Numbered from the stretch's first letter, positions 25,877-39,205 are shown. The stretch: 64,000 bases of DNA from Octopus bimaculoides (GCF_001194135.2 NC_069003.1:31613201-31677200), one strand, 5' to 3'. Translations and numbers: made by a program. Notes: generated by a model not told the origin, from the sequence alone.

Positions 25877-27869
25877 CTATTTGTATAAATCTACTCTAAA
25901 AATAGTGGGTAGGGGAACATTAACACTCAGTCCATCAAAAAATAAGATTTAGATGTTGAAACATTAATGAACTTTGAAAAGTTAGTCCCAGACTGCACCA
26001 TGCTTCGCTGTCTGTTTTGGCATGGTTTTTACAGCTGGGTCCCCTTCCTAACACCATCACTCTGCAGAGTGGGCTGAGTGCTTTTTACGTGGCACCAGCA
26101 CAGGCGAGGTCATTTTTGGCATAGTTTTTTCTCTTTTTTTTTTTACTGTTGGATGCCCTTCCAAATGCCAAACACTTAACAATGTGGACTGGGTGCTTTT
26201 TACGTGGCACCAGCACCAGCAGGGTCACCAAGTAACTTGCAATACAAAGATCCTTTGAAAAGTGGGTGTGTGGCATTGGAGGAGGTGATCTTGTACCAGA
26301 TGATGAAGAGTTAGGGTGTGACAGACAGACAGAGAGAGGTCAGATGAAAGGTAAGGTTGATCTCCATGAGATTTGAACTCAGAACATAGACATGACTAAA
26401 TATCTGAAACTTTCTACATCAGTGATCTACTGATTTTTCTTTCTACTTCGAATCTCTTCTAAACATCAAAGAGAAGGAAGAAGACAGTTAAACTAACCAT
26501 CAATGACATCATTTTATACTGAAAAAAACGCAAGGAAGAGAGGGATGATGATAAGACTATAGCATCTGACCTACCAAACCACCACCACCACCTAAGGCCT
26601 GTGGTCACTTAGGGAAAAGACGTGTGTTGGGTTGTCTATGTGTATATGTATTTATACATATACACAGCTTGACTTTAACTGAACTCTCTACTTCACTTTG
26701 GTTAAATCTCAGAAGTGTCTCTGTGACACTTATATCTCAAGTATGAATCTGTAGTACCAGCATTGTGACTCACATATGACTCACACACACACACAGTACA
26801 TTTGCATACATACACACACACACACTGGCTAATATCGCATCTGTATAGTCTCAAATAAATAGAGCAGTTGAATCATCATCAGCATTGTAGCCATCATATA
26901 AAACAAAGTTAAATTATCTGTCCTAGACATGGCTGTGCAGTTAAGAGGCCTAGTTCCATGTCAGTCCTGGTTCAGCAAATCTTATGTTCTAAGACGTTTC
27001 AGTTATGTCTGTCATGCCTTTTACTTCAGACATAGTATATTTAATGCTACGTTAGTTAATGTCTCCTTCCATTTTTAGTACAGTAGGTTGTGGTGTTAAG
27101 GAGATTCGGTTGCTGTTTCTACAGGTTGAGCGATCATGCAGAGGGTCTGTCATCAGTTTGTTAAAGAGCTTTTGTGTTTAGCCCAAGTTTCGTGCCTCCT
27201 TTCGTCATACCCTGGATAGGACATCAGTCTCTCTCAGGTAGCATTCCCCAGGTGATGTGGTATTTATTCTTTCTGGTAGTGAGGTGGAGTGAAGAACGAA
27301 GTGGTTTTGACTATGAACTCCTGACCTCTGAGCAAGCAGTCGAGTACCTCTCATACTCTCATCTACCTCGCAAATAATGTCAGTCAATAAAGTGGAGTGT
27401 TTCTACTAACTTCCCTTAACCCACTTTCCTTTATAATCAGTCAGTTTTAGAACTTTCCTGAGATAGCTGGCAACTATTTGTTTGCAGAAGTATCCGTTTC
27501 CTTTGCATATTAGATGACAGACTCTTTATGTAGCTTTGCTGGATCGGAGCTGACCTGGAACAACTACTACTGTTTATGATCTATATGATAATAATGAGCA
27601 TGATTGTGTGGTTTAAGAATTTTGCTTCACATTCACGGTTCTGAATTTGATCTCACTACATGACCCCTTGAGCAGGTGTCTTCTACCAGAGCCCTCTGTT
27701 GATCTGAACCCCTTGAGAATGAAATTAGATAGAGGGTGTTCGGAATCTTACCCGATGGATGGGATGCTGTCTTGGACGGTTCGACTTAATCTATCACCTG
27801 ACATCCTTCAGCAGAATCCACACTGATGTGAGCACTCAAACCTAGTTGGAGAGTAATTTTTTCCATTTA

Positions 27870-28340
27870 CCCTTCTAGTTTCAATGGGCCTGTAAGATTA
27901 TGGATGCTGCCTTGGCTACAGAAAGAAGATACTACTGTCATAAATGTATGTTGGGTAATGGCCAAATGCACACTATTACAAATACAAGTGAAAATGGGAT
28001 TCCTTCGAAGGATCTCTAGAGTACTGTTACTTGACAGGGTGCATAGCTCAGAACAAAGTGTCTCTTCAGGTTCAGCCACTACTTGTCCACATTGAGAGGT
28101 TACAGCTCCAGTACTACAGACATGACTTGAATGTCACTGGAAAGACTCACAAGATAGATTCTTCAAGCCAAGCCAACCAACAAGAGATCTAAGGTTAGAA
28201 CAAGAAGGTTGGATAATATCCAGAGATTCAGTTGGTCATACTTTGGAATCCAGCTGGAAAAATCTAATGATCGTTGATTCTGATGGAGCCCCAGGAGAAG
28301 ATACCTGAGGACTCTACTCCAACGAACTTCCCTAGAATAG
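27870..28340 (+). mobile_element. Degenerate RTE-clade LINE 3' remnant
   Basis: Frameshifted translation QVKMGFLRRISRVLLLDRVHS / LQVQPLLVHIERLQLQYYRH / ILQAKPTNKRSKVRTRRLDNIQ matches the RTE post-RT C-terminal pattern (EMRFLRRI..DRVRN..IERxQLRWFGH..RPRGRPRTRW). Confidence 0.7.
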
Positions 28341-29564
28341 TAGGCAGAGAAGTTGGATGGATAACTGTAGGATAATAATGAGTTTTCGGGTTGACTTCGT
28401 GTTTGTCTGCTATGAGAGATGTCTTGACGCTACCATTATTACTCCTTGTTGGATATTAGACTACTACATCATTGGTATTGGCTGTTTCTGAAGTAGCCTG
28501 TATGGATATATAGGAAGTATCCATCAGGAGATGCTTCTTGAAAAGGCAACTGAGCATTGAATGTAGCTAGACTTGACATCAGTAGACAGTGGAAGTTTGT
28601 CGGAGAGTGCAGACTTCCATTGTCAGCTGTTGGGCACTTTGGAAAGTGCCGGAGGAAGACAATACTTGTGTGTGTGTATGTGTATAAATAAATATAATAG
28701 ATGGTGGAGGAGGAGTGTGCTACAGTGCAATATAGGCGTACAGTGATAAGGATAGTAAAATGCAGTTTTTTTTATAGATTGGTGATGGTGGTGGTGGTGG
28801 TGGTGGTGGAGATAGTTTTGTCAGTTAACTAAATGGTTCTGTCCTGCATGTGATATGTAAGTGATTATTATGAATGACGCATTTGGATTGACAGAATTGT
28901 CAATGTCAGACAAAATATCTGGCAGTAGTTTTTTATGGATATTTTTATGTAATTTTGGTATATCTGTTAAAATGAGATGTCAGTGTTATTTTCATTTTTG
29001 TGTGATTTAGACGACAATTTATTCACCGCACCCTGTGTATANNNNNNNNNNTATACATACACACACACAGCATAAAGCTACTCATACACACATAATGGCA
29101 ATTAGTTTGTTTCCTTTTGTTTGCCATATTAAATGTACAACATTTGAAAGATCACCAACCAACCAACCAACCTCTGCCTGAAAAATGATAAAGAATTTCT
29201 TTAACCCTCTAGGGATATGTATCCCATGCTCTAGTGTGTTAAATAAGGGCAGTGTTTGACCTTTCCTGATCATATGTATGTGTCAAATGGCGGCTAATCC
29301 GACTGACCTTTCCCAGGAAATCTGGTACCTATTGCTAATAACTAGATTGAACAAGAGAACAAAGGAGCCAGCTTGGTCTTACAATGTTCCACAACATGTT
29401 GGAAATAGCGAGCAAATCTCCTCAAATTACATACGAAAACAAACATTGAAATACTAAAAGCTCTATTTTATGAGATATTGCAATTGCTTGTATGCTTTTG
29501 ATCATAAGTCTGTTCAAGCCGGGACTGTCCTTGGGTTAAACAACAACAACAATTGTTAGCTTAA

Positions 29565-30103
29565 CTCTTTTTGTTACCATATCCAGCTTTTGTTGCAATT
29601 GATTTTGAAAATAATACTCTTTTACTTGTTTCAGTCATTTGACTGTGGCCATGCTGGAGCACCGCCTTTAGTCGAGAAAATCGACCCCAGGACTTATTCT
29701 TTGGATGCCTAGTACTTATTCTATCGGTCTTTTTTGCCGAACCGCTAAGTTACGGGGACGTAAACACACCAGCATCGGTTGTTAAGCGATGTTGGGGGGA
29801 CAAACACAGACATACAAACACATACACACACATATATATATATACATATATACGACAGGCTTCTTTCAGTTTCCGTCTACCATATCCACTCACAAGGCTT
29901 TGGTCGGCCCTAGGCTATAGTAGAAGACACTTGCCCAAGGTGCCATGCAGTGGGAATGAACCCTCAACCACGTGGTTGGTAAACAAGCTGGTGTTTGAAA
30001 CCTGAATTAACATGAAATTTTGAGGGATTATTTAAACACTTTAAAACAGGATATTTGCGTCTTAGAACCAAGAGCAGTTTCAGGCAAGTTTGTATCAAAA
30101 GAG
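29565..30103. mobile_element. MITE family G interrupted by a minus-strand SINE (29615-29987)
   Basis: 5' TIR after TTAA at 29561. The 3' portion resumes at aagctggtgtttg (about 29985) and ends gtatcaaaagag. Confidence 0.6.
29615..29987 (-). mobile_element. SINE family B (young, CpG-rich)
   Basis: Same consensus as 62322. Confidence 0.85.
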
Positions 30104-31404
30104 TGAAACTGGAGCAAAGTAGAATAAAATGTTTTTTCTTGAGAAATATTTAGAATTCCTGTATGAGATTTGAACTCTGAACCTAAGAGCTTGTGTACTA
30201 ATTACCTTATCCATTCAGCCACTTCACTTCTACAAACATTTACAATATTCACTTTGAATGGATCAGTGACAGAATTAAAAGATAACTAAAGAAAAGTGCC
30301 TTGTGGTATTTACTTTTATCCCTTTTCATTCTGAGTCCAATTCCACCACAGGTGATTTTGCCTTTCATCTTTCTGTGAATAATAAAATATTTACCTGTTG
30401 TTATTTAACCCAAGGTCAGCTCTGATTGAAGCCATGATCATCCTGTTCTGGAGATTTAGCTGTAATTTTTAGCAAGCAGAATGCCCATCTACAGGTCTCC
30501 TTGTTGGCTCATCTCAACACCAGTTGAGTTCTTGGGTCAATGCAATCGACTACACAATCCTCAAACATGAGAATAGAAATCAATATTTCTCCATGAATCA
30601 GTGAACATTGATGCGGTTATTCAGGGATTATTGATGACTGTTCAGCATCTGGTGTGATGTGATGTCTCCTGACAGATATTGGGTTTATGTTCTGCAGATA
30701 AGATTTCATTAAAAATGACAACATAAAACAAAATATGCTTCATAATAATAATGCATTATGAAAGAGAAAAAATAGTTTGGAGCTTATTTCTGTTATAATT
30801 AATGAAAACAGTTAATTCATTGTTGAATAAGTTTGCTTGTTTTATTTTTATTTTTTAGTACATTGTTAAAAAAAAATATGGAAAATAAGAACTTAGAATG
30901 AGTCTTTTACAATAATAATAATAATGATGATAATAATAATAATGATAAAAGTATTAGCTTATTTTATTCTATATTCTTCTTCTTCAATATTTTCAATATT
31001 TCAGACATTTGATATTTGTTCCAAACTCAACAGCTTCGTCATTTCTTCTTGTTTCTAGTCTCATTTCAGTCAATGATTCCAAGTTTCCTACTGAATCTAT
31101 TTTTAGTTTCTGATATGACTTTCTATATATGTCACGGTTCCTTTTACATTGGTAAGAAGCTGTCTCCATTTACAGAAGTTGATTAAGTGGATGTATGATG
31201 GTTTGAACTAGAAACTTCTGGCAAAGTTGTTTTGCATGTCTTTCGAAAAATATCTCAGAACGTTATCTCTATATCTTGCAAGTCTTTTTATTTTTCTCTG
31301 TGTGTGTGTGTCACTAATATATAATTGAAATTTACTGAAAAACAAAAGATGAAGACAGGTGTATAAACAACAAGCAAGTTTGACGATTGGGAAGGTGAGA
31401 AAGT

Positions 31405-31440
31405 CTTTTACGTTTCAAGTCTATGCTCTTCAACAGAAAG
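31405..31440 (-). ncRNA. Hammerhead-like motif variant (A6>U) in a Penelope-like repeat
   Basis: Minus strand reads CTTT-CTGTTGA-A-GAGC-atag-ACTT-GAAAC-GT-A-AAAG. Confidence 0.42.
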
Positions 31441-32929
31441 GAACACGAGGAAATAAACAGAGAGAGAATTTTAAAAATTTGTGGATTTAGTGGTCAATAT
31501 ATATATATATATATAAATTAAAAACGTAAAATTAAAACAGAACACAAAGGATTCCGCGGTACACGTGTTTCAAGCTTTATAGTCGTTGCATCATTATATG
31601 AGTATATAGGTATATATATATATATATATATATCTTTATAGGGTACTTTATCTTTTATTTCTTTCAGTCATTACTGGAATAACCATGAAATTTAATTTAG
31701 CAGTTAAAGGTTTAAGACAGTAGGGAGTGATTTCTGGAAGATTTGGCTGCTATTTCTAGTGATTGAACAGCTACTACCTGGATGTTCTCTCATTGCTTCA
31801 TTGAATTGCATCTTTTGATACAAAAGTGGCTAACAAGAAGAAAAAGATACTCAATGGGAGAAGAATTGTCAATGCTTAATGCGATTGATTTCTATTTATT
31901 CCTCCAATAGAATTTCTTTTCTCAATTGCATCATTTGTTTGTTTTGGCTTTTATTCATGTTTTATTTATTTTGCTTTTAAATACTATTCATGTCCAATTA
32001 GCTTCTTTAATATTTTAATTTATTCTTTCAAATGGAGACTTTCTTAGAGATCTCTTCCTTATATGCTTGTAGAATCTCATAAATTCTCATCTAATTTCAT
32101 GTCAGTATTAGTTAGAGCTCCTAGCGAAGCCTAAGCTAATTTTGGTATCTCCATCACCAGCGCACAACCACCACCATCACTTACCTAAATTCAGATTTTT
32201 ATAATCAAAGCATAAGGGAGGAAAAAATGCATTTTCAAATAATAAAGAATAATGCAGAGAAAAGAAAATAGTTTACAAAAAGGAAAAGGCAAAAAAAAAA
32301 CAAAACCTCAAATAACAATAACAATATTTATAAAAAATGTTTAAATGCACATGAATTTTTTTAAAAAAGCATTCTAACCACCCATTTCTTCTTACTCTAA
32401 TATTCAGCTTTCAATTCCATTAAATGTATTGATTGTTGTTCTTTGTTGTAGAATGGTTTAGAAAAATCTTCAGTTGAGACTAACTTAATTTTGTGGTTAG
32501 AGTAGAGCTATTTACTATCATTGTTACAGCTGAGCGGTTCTGCCATGTTTTCTGGCATACATGTCGGTGTAGTATATAGTGTAAACATTCAAACATTGTC
32601 ACTGTCTTTCCGAATCCTGCTGCATTTCGCATGGAATTCTTGGTCCTCTAAAGTCGACATACAATTACTGCTACTTCTGCAACAGCTAACTACAGCAATA
32701 ATAACTATTACAATGGTTATGGCATCATCCTTAATAAATGATGCATTTATATATATTGTTGATCTGATGAGCTATATAATTGTTGATCTGCATTCATTTG
32801 TAAGATGTACATTAGTACTATGCAATTCATAACATATACATTAATGCAGACATGTAAAATGAGTTATTATACACTGAAATAAGTTATGGATATCAACTGG
32901 TGAAATAAATAAATTCAGCCTCCTACCTC

Positions 32930-32963
32930 CTGATGTTTCGAGCCTACACTCTTCAGCAGAAAG
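32930..32963 (-). ncRNA. Second copy of the variant hammerhead-like motif (A6>C, 3' stem lost)
   Basis: Minus strand reads CTTT-CTGCTGA-A-GAGT-gtag-GCTC-GAAAC-ATC. The flank gaggaaataaacagagag is shared with the 31440 copy. Confidence 0.38.
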
Positions 32964-33052
32964 GAACATGAGGAAATAAACAGAGAGCGAATGAAAAGAG
33001 ATAGTTGTCTTACTATATATATATATATATATAGTAAGACAACTATCTCTTT

Positions 33053-33423
33053 ATTTTAATAAAGATTTCTAACCAGCTTTCATTGCGAAGCAAATTTTCA
33101 AGAAGAGGGAGAATGGAAATGTTTTTTACAAAGAAGTACAAAATGAAGAAAATAATATATACAAAAATAAATATACCAATACATTATATTGTCTTTGAGC
33201 TTTTGAAGTTCAATGGTAATTCATGTATATAATGGTTGGAAAAATAAGGATGCATGAGAATTGAAAGTTGTATCAGGTTTAACAAAAGGGTTAAAAGTTT
33301 GTGTTAAGCAGGAAGTGTGGTGTCAAAACAGGAAGTGTCTGTAAGGGGAGACAAATGTTTTTAGTTGGAGTTATGAAAAAAAGAGTTCATAACTCCAACT
33401 AAAAAGATTTGTCTCCCCTTACA
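33053..33423 (-). repeat. Second copy of the 4978 repeat ending in a 38-bp-arm hairpin next to a gap
   Basis: Arms 33340-33377 and 33386-33423, one mismatch. Confidence 0.75.
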
Positions 33424-33889
33424 NNNNNNNNNNNNNNNNNNNNNNNNNNNNNNNNNNNNNNNNNNNNNNNNNNNNNNNNNNNNNNNNNNNNNNNNNNNNN
33501 NNNNNNNNNNNNNNNNNNNNNNNNNNNNNNNNNNNNNNNNNNNNNNNNNNNNNNNNNNNNNNNNNNNNNNNNNNNNNNNNNNNNNNNNNNNNNNNNNNNN
33601 NNNNNNNNNNNNNNNNNNNNNNNNNNNNNNNNNNNNNNNNNNNNNNNNNNNNNNNNNNNNNNNNNNNNNNNNNNNNNNNNNNNNNNNNNNNNNNNNNNNN
33701 NNNNNNNNNNNNNNNNNNNNNNNNNNNNNNNNNNNNNNNNNNNNNNNNNNNNNNNNNNNNNNNNNNNNNNNNNNNNNNNNNNNNNNNNNNNNNNNNNNNN
33801 NNNNNNNNNNNNNNNNNNNNNNNNNNNNNNNNNNNNNNNNNNNNNNNNNNNNNNNNNNNNNNNNNNNNNNNNNNNNNNNNNNNNNNNNN

Positions 33890-34430
33890 ATATGAGCATG
33901 GCCGTTGCCAGTACCGCCTGACTGGCCTTTGTGCCGGTGGCACATAAAAGCACCCACTACACTCTCGGAGTGTTTGGCGTTAGGAAGGGCATCCAGCTGT
34001 AGAAACTCTACCAGATCAGATTGGAGCCTGGTGCAGCCATCCAGTTCACCAGTCCTCAGTCAAATCGTCCAACCCATGCTAGCGTGGAAAGCGGACATTA
34101 AACGATGATGATGATGTGTAAGTTGTCTCTGTCCCTCCATTATACTTCCAGTGATTCTACTCCTTCTCTCAACTAAGAGGTCTTTTGTCTCACAAGCTAC
34201 TTGGCAACCCCACTGGTGCTGCTGTCATGTAGGAAGAACCTGTGCTGATGCCATGTAAAAAGCAGCCAGTACACTCTGTAAAGTTGATGACATTAGGAAG
34301 AACAGCCAGCTGTAGAAACCAGGCCAAAACAGACAGCTGGAGGCTTGGTTCATCACTACAGCTTGCCAGTTCATGTCAAACTGTCCAGCTCATGCCAGCA
34401 TGGAAAATGGATGTTAAATGGTGATGATAC
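33890..34430 (+). mobile_element. Two family C SINE copies (young 33890-34116, older 34170-34430)
   Basis: Same consensus and GAT tails. Others at about 20625-20825, 26020-26340 (-), 37490-37766, 45710-45870 (-) and 50400-50690. Confidence 0.78.
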
Positions 34431-35237
34431 ATATAAAACAAGGATGTGGTGGTCAAAGATGGAATAATTTTACTATTGATATACTTCTGTTTAATCAGAA
34501 CTGACCTGAAGCTAAACAGCCAGAACATCCTCTTAATTGCTATTGCAGCATGACTCACAATGTTGTGTTGTATTACTCAATAGTTTTTAACTGACACTGT
34601 GTGTGTTTGAGTACATGTATGTGTGTGTGTGTGTGTGTGTATGTCATCGTTAACTCATGCCATTATCTTTGACTGTTAACATCTCAACACAATCTGCTTT
34701 CACATTGCTGCCTGTGCGTGTTTGTGAGTGAGTGTGTGTGTGTGTGTGTGTGTGCATGGTTTTAATGAAATGATGACGAAAGTACAAAATGCCATGTACT
34801 CTTTGCCCTCTACCCCCACCCCCTCTATAAACCTTGTAGAGAAATTAAACTACGAAAAGTATTTTGTATAAGTACTTGTGTGTGTGTGTGTGTGTGTGTA
34901 AACATGTCGGTGATAATGCACACACACACACACACATTAATGGTAAGGAACAGATGAATAGGACTCTGGTGACAGAACATAAGTTTGTACATCTCAAATC
35001 AAAAGTTGGCTGAAGATTCCAGCTTCTGTTATGCTTTGTTTGTATGGTCAAACCATCAACGTTTGTGTCCATTTATTCTATGTTCTATGTAACCTTGTGT
35101 TCTCCAGGAATTAACCTTACATCGCCTGTATTATATGTGTAATAGAGATAGGCAGATATTTGTTGTCTGTGAAGAATTTGTCCCAAACTGTCTTAACTTT
35201 TGCTTATTATGTGTCTTTTTCCTCTTTTAATTTCTAG

Positions 35238-35311
35238 ACTTGACTGAGGATGAACAGCAACTCCTGATGACAATAAGGGGACGGAAGCAGCAGCTTGAAC
35301 TCGACATCAAG
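35238..35311 (+). CDS. CYTH1: Cytohesin (ARNO/GRP1-family Arf-GEF) internal coding exon, first half of the N-terminal coiled coil
   Basis: Polypyrimidine tract plus AG at 35236-37, GT donor at 35312. Translates (x)AC-LTEDEQQLLMTIRGRKQQLELDIK (phase 1 in, phase 0 out), closely resembling human cytohesin DLTAEERQELENIRRRKQELLADIQ as recalled. Paralogue number is nominal because invertebrates typically have one cytohesin. Confidence 0.9.
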
Positions 35312-36119
35312 GTTGGTGAAGTACAACATACTCTCTCTCTCTCCTTTTCACAAGCACACTCTTTCTGTTTCTCACTCACTCCCCTTTGCATTTTATGTCT
35401 TTCTCACCATTCTCTTTCAGTCAACCTGATAACTGTTGTTTGTATGGTGTGTGTATGTGTGTGGAGAGAAGTGAAGGCTATCATTATTGTTAGAGGCAAT
35501 CCTCTGGTGAGGCTTCATTACACACTCAGTATGAGTGATTTCACATTGCTGGTACCTCTAATGCATGAATTTCTCACCCGTGTAAGTTTCCGACTTAATT
35601 CCACTTTGTAGCATCTTAGGCAAGTGTCTTCTATGGTGCTGGGTCAACCAAAGCCTTGTGAGTAGATTTTGAATGGGAGAGAGAGAGAGAGTGTGTGTAT
35701 GTGTGTTCACATTTGTACTTTCTTCTCTAAAAGTTGTGGGCTTTGAGTGATAATGTCACTTCTCTCAACAAACTTGCTTTGTGCCTTCAAAGCCATGTGA
35801 AATGAAACATACCTTGTTTGAAAAACAGGTGAGGATTAGTGACTGGATGAGCATTTAGCTGTAAACAGTACCTCAGTAACGTCTGACCCATGGAAAAACA
35901 TGTCAGCATGAACAAGTATACAGTCTCTCATCATGTGTGATCTAATAAAGAAGTCTCTTGTGTGATCACTTGACATTCTAAGATAGCAATGAAATCTCCC
36001 TTAGATCTCATCCAGACCATATTGGTTAATATATACCAAGATACATTATGTCTGAGAATAAAAAAGAGAGAGAGAGAGAGAGAGAGGTTGGTGTTGACAT
36101 GAATGTCAATCTATTTTAT

Positions 36120-36294
36120 GTTTTATGTTCAAACTGACCAGATCCAACCTCTCACACCTACCCTACAATGTCGTTTTCAAAATGCACAAACATACCATTG
36201 GAATCTTAAAACTATGAGATAAGGCAAGATTAATTCAAAACAATGTGAATAAATAAGCAATACATTTGACAAAGAAATCTGAATGCTAAAGGGT
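36120..36294. mobile_element. Partial piggyBac-type MITE family F
   Basis: Shares ctctcacacctaccctacaatgtc...gaatgctaaaggg with the other copies. Confidence 0.65.
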
Positions 36295-38979
36295 TATTAA
36301 AGGCTTGAACATCTTTAATTATAGTTCTACTTGATCAAAAGTGATCTGGAGCTTTAAAAAAAAAAACAGCTGTTGCATTAACATCTCATCACATCAAATA
36401 TGTGACAAGTGAGTCACACTTCATGGTTGAGTTGTTGCTTCCTGATAAGTAATTTATCCAACTGTAAAAACACTTCAGATTCTTGTTTGGTCTCTTCCTC
36501 TTTTATAGCTTCTCTAAGCTTTTAAGTGTTTCAGTGGACTGCTTCTTGTTCATAGTATGTTCTAGAAAATCAAGGAGGATGACTCACTTATTATCCCACC
36601 GCCCCCCACCAAACCAAGTCAGTCACCATAACATTGTTTTGTTTTTTTTGCCCTTGAACTTCATAGGCTTTGGAGAAGTGTGGCACCAGATTGAAGCTTG
36701 ATTTCTGAAAAATTAAAAAAAAATGTCCTTGTTTCATCCCCTGTCACCAGATTGGAACAAAAAAATATATATCCAAAATCTCCCATATTCTGTGATGCAT
36801 TGTAGCTGCAGCCATTGTGCAGCAAGCTCACAATAAAGTTATGTCCATTTTTGCATTACTTTCTGTTTGATCAAGTTTAGCATTGTAGAAGATGAAACAG
36901 CAGCTCCACAAGAACCAAAGAGATAGGAGTCATGTACCAAAACGTCCCAGTTGATTTGGGTGGAAATTGACCTCTGTAATTGTTTGTATTATTAGTAGTT
37001 TTTCTAGAAGAATATAAGGTTACTATTAATTAGTACACACACACACAAACACACACATACATACATATATACAACTGGAACCAACTGGAAATAGCCTGGG
37101 CAATTACAGTATAAATTAATTGCACATATGATGCCATGGTATTCTGGACTGTTACTAAACAATGAAATTGACTATAGCCTGGAAAGCTGCCACCAATTTT
37201 TCATCCTCATTACACATCAGTAGGTCAGATAACCACATATAGGCTCCTTTGTTAATTTAATGCATCAAGGAAATAGAATTAAATTTTCTGTATATAAGAC
37301 TATTATATTGTTCCTATGTTACAAAAGCAGTGAGATTCTGTATGATCAAGAAGCTTGCTTTGCAACCGCATGGTTTCAGGTTCAACCCCACCGTGCAGCA
37401 CTTTGGGCAAGTGTCTTCTGCTAAAGCCCTTGGTGGATTAATACCTTGTGAATGAATTTGAAAGCTATTTTGTGAACGTGTGTGCCTTTGTGTTTGTGCT
37501 GCCTGACTGGCACCCGTGCCAGTGGTACGTGAAAAGCACCATCTGAATGTGGTCAATGCCAGTGCCCCCCGACTGGCTCCTATGCCAGTGGCATGTAAAA
37601 AGCACCCACTACACTCTCAGAGTGGTTGGCGTTAGGAAGGGCATCCCGTTGTAGAAACCTTGCCAGATCAAATTGGAGCTTGGTGCAGCCTACTGGCTTG
37701 CCAATCCTGTCAAACCATCCCACCCATGCCAGCATGGAAAATGGATGTTAAACGATGATGATGATGTTCAAATGCTGCCTATTACCTTTCATCCTTTAGG
37801 TCTCAATAAAATAAGCACTAGTTGAGCACTAGGATCGACGTAATTAACTAGGCCCCTGCCCACTCAAAATTTCAGGCCTTGTCCCTATAGTAGGAAAATT
37901 TATTATTATTTGCTCTCACTTCAGTAGACACCCTTCCTTCATTTTGAGTTGGAAAAAAGTCATTGTGGCATAGTATGAATAGTTAATTTGGTTAGTTTGT
38001 TTATAGTTCATTAGAAGTTTGTTATTGCTTTATTGTTTGGATAAATAATTAACTAAGGATAGGAATAAAAAAATGTAGCTTATTTTTCTATCTGTAGTAA
38101 TTACATTAAACTATAATTAATAATTTAGTTATGTATGTTATTAAAACATACATAAAAATTATTAAGGTCGTTGGAATGTTGCTGTTGTTTAACCATAGGC
38201 CTGTGCTCAAAGGTGTTCAAGCCATGACTATCATGTCTTCTATTCATAATGATTCTGGCTATATTGTCTGTGTCCTTCTTCGTTATTTAGCTTCCTTGTT
38301 GGTGAGCCCCAATCCAGTAGAACTGTGATCAAAGGTATTTCAGCTATGGCTGCCTTTGTCTATTATTCAGACATTGTGCATCTAGGACTACATTATTCAA
38401 AGTGTCCTTTTTTATAGGAGGAAGGGTAGTGTTTTTTTATGCTTTTCAGGATTTCCGAGACTGATGTTGGGAAGGGAGGAAAGTCTTCAGATCAAAGATC
38501 GGGTCTGAATGCATGCGATGTGAACCCTGCTGAAAGAACCCAGACACTAGGTGGTACTTTTAAACCTGGCAAGAAAATAAGGTCACTATCATGCAGTGGA
38601 GGAGAAGTCACCCTTAGATCACACTCTACCATTTTAATATGAGTAGAACACATTATGGCCCTGAGTAAAAGAAGGCATAGTTGTGGTTGGAACACCTTTT
38701 GGCCCTGAGTTTGTTCTGTCTGAGCTGATCTGGGACTAAACAACATCTTCACAATTGAATGTTAGCAGATTCCACCATGCTCTATTATCAGCTGTTGGAT
38801 GCTGTTATACACCAGTGGTTCTCAACTACAAGCCATATGATCCTTGTGGGGGGGGATAAGATTTTTGTTGTTAAAATTTATCTGTAATGAATTGGTTATA
38901 CTTCTTCAATGCACAAAATGTTTTAAATTATTTTATGCAATTCCTAATAATAGGTGCAGGCATGACTGTGTGGTAAGAA

Positions 38980-39205
38980 GCTGGCAGAATCGTTAGCACA
39001 CTGGGCGAAATGCTTAGCGGTATTTCGTCAGCCGTTATGTTCTGAGTTCAAATTCCGCCGAGGTCGACTTTGCCTTTCATCCTTTCGGGGTCGATTAAAT
39101 AAGTACCCGTTATACACTAGGGTCGATATAATCGACTTAATCCGTTTGTATGTCCTTGTTTGTCCCCTCTGTGTGTAGCCCCTTGTGGGCAGTAAAGAAA
39201 TAAGA
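38980..39205 (+). mobile_element. SINE family A inserted in the head of a family B SINE (38955-39560)
   Basis: SINE-B head gtgtggtaagaag is interrupted and resumes at ctcactttccaactac. Confidence 0.82.

Noticed and set aside
26985-27035. Minus-strand CTGAAGT...GAAACGTC hammerhead look-alike
   Set aside because: A9 is missing, stems I and II do not pair, and part of it belongs to an old dispersed repeat (ttcagacatagt...gctgctatttctagc family).
28633-28650. GGCACTTT-GG-AAAGTGCC hairpin and nearby MVEEECATVQY ORF
   Set aside because: A short palindrome is plausible by chance, and the ORF has no convincing phase-1 donor.
30950-31290. Minus-strand stop-interrupted frame (EKNKRLARYRDNVLRYF...) faintly like non-LTR retrotransposon ORF2
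   Set aside because: Similarity is too weak to assign without a profile search.
32521-32832. 103-aa plus-strand ORF before exon 35238
   Set aside because: TTG start, no usable donor and no homology.
38439-38752. GC-richer island with ORFs on both strands
   Set aside because: The acceptor ttttcag leads to an immediate stop in the cytohesin frame and there is no recognisable domain. Probably an old retroelement fragment.
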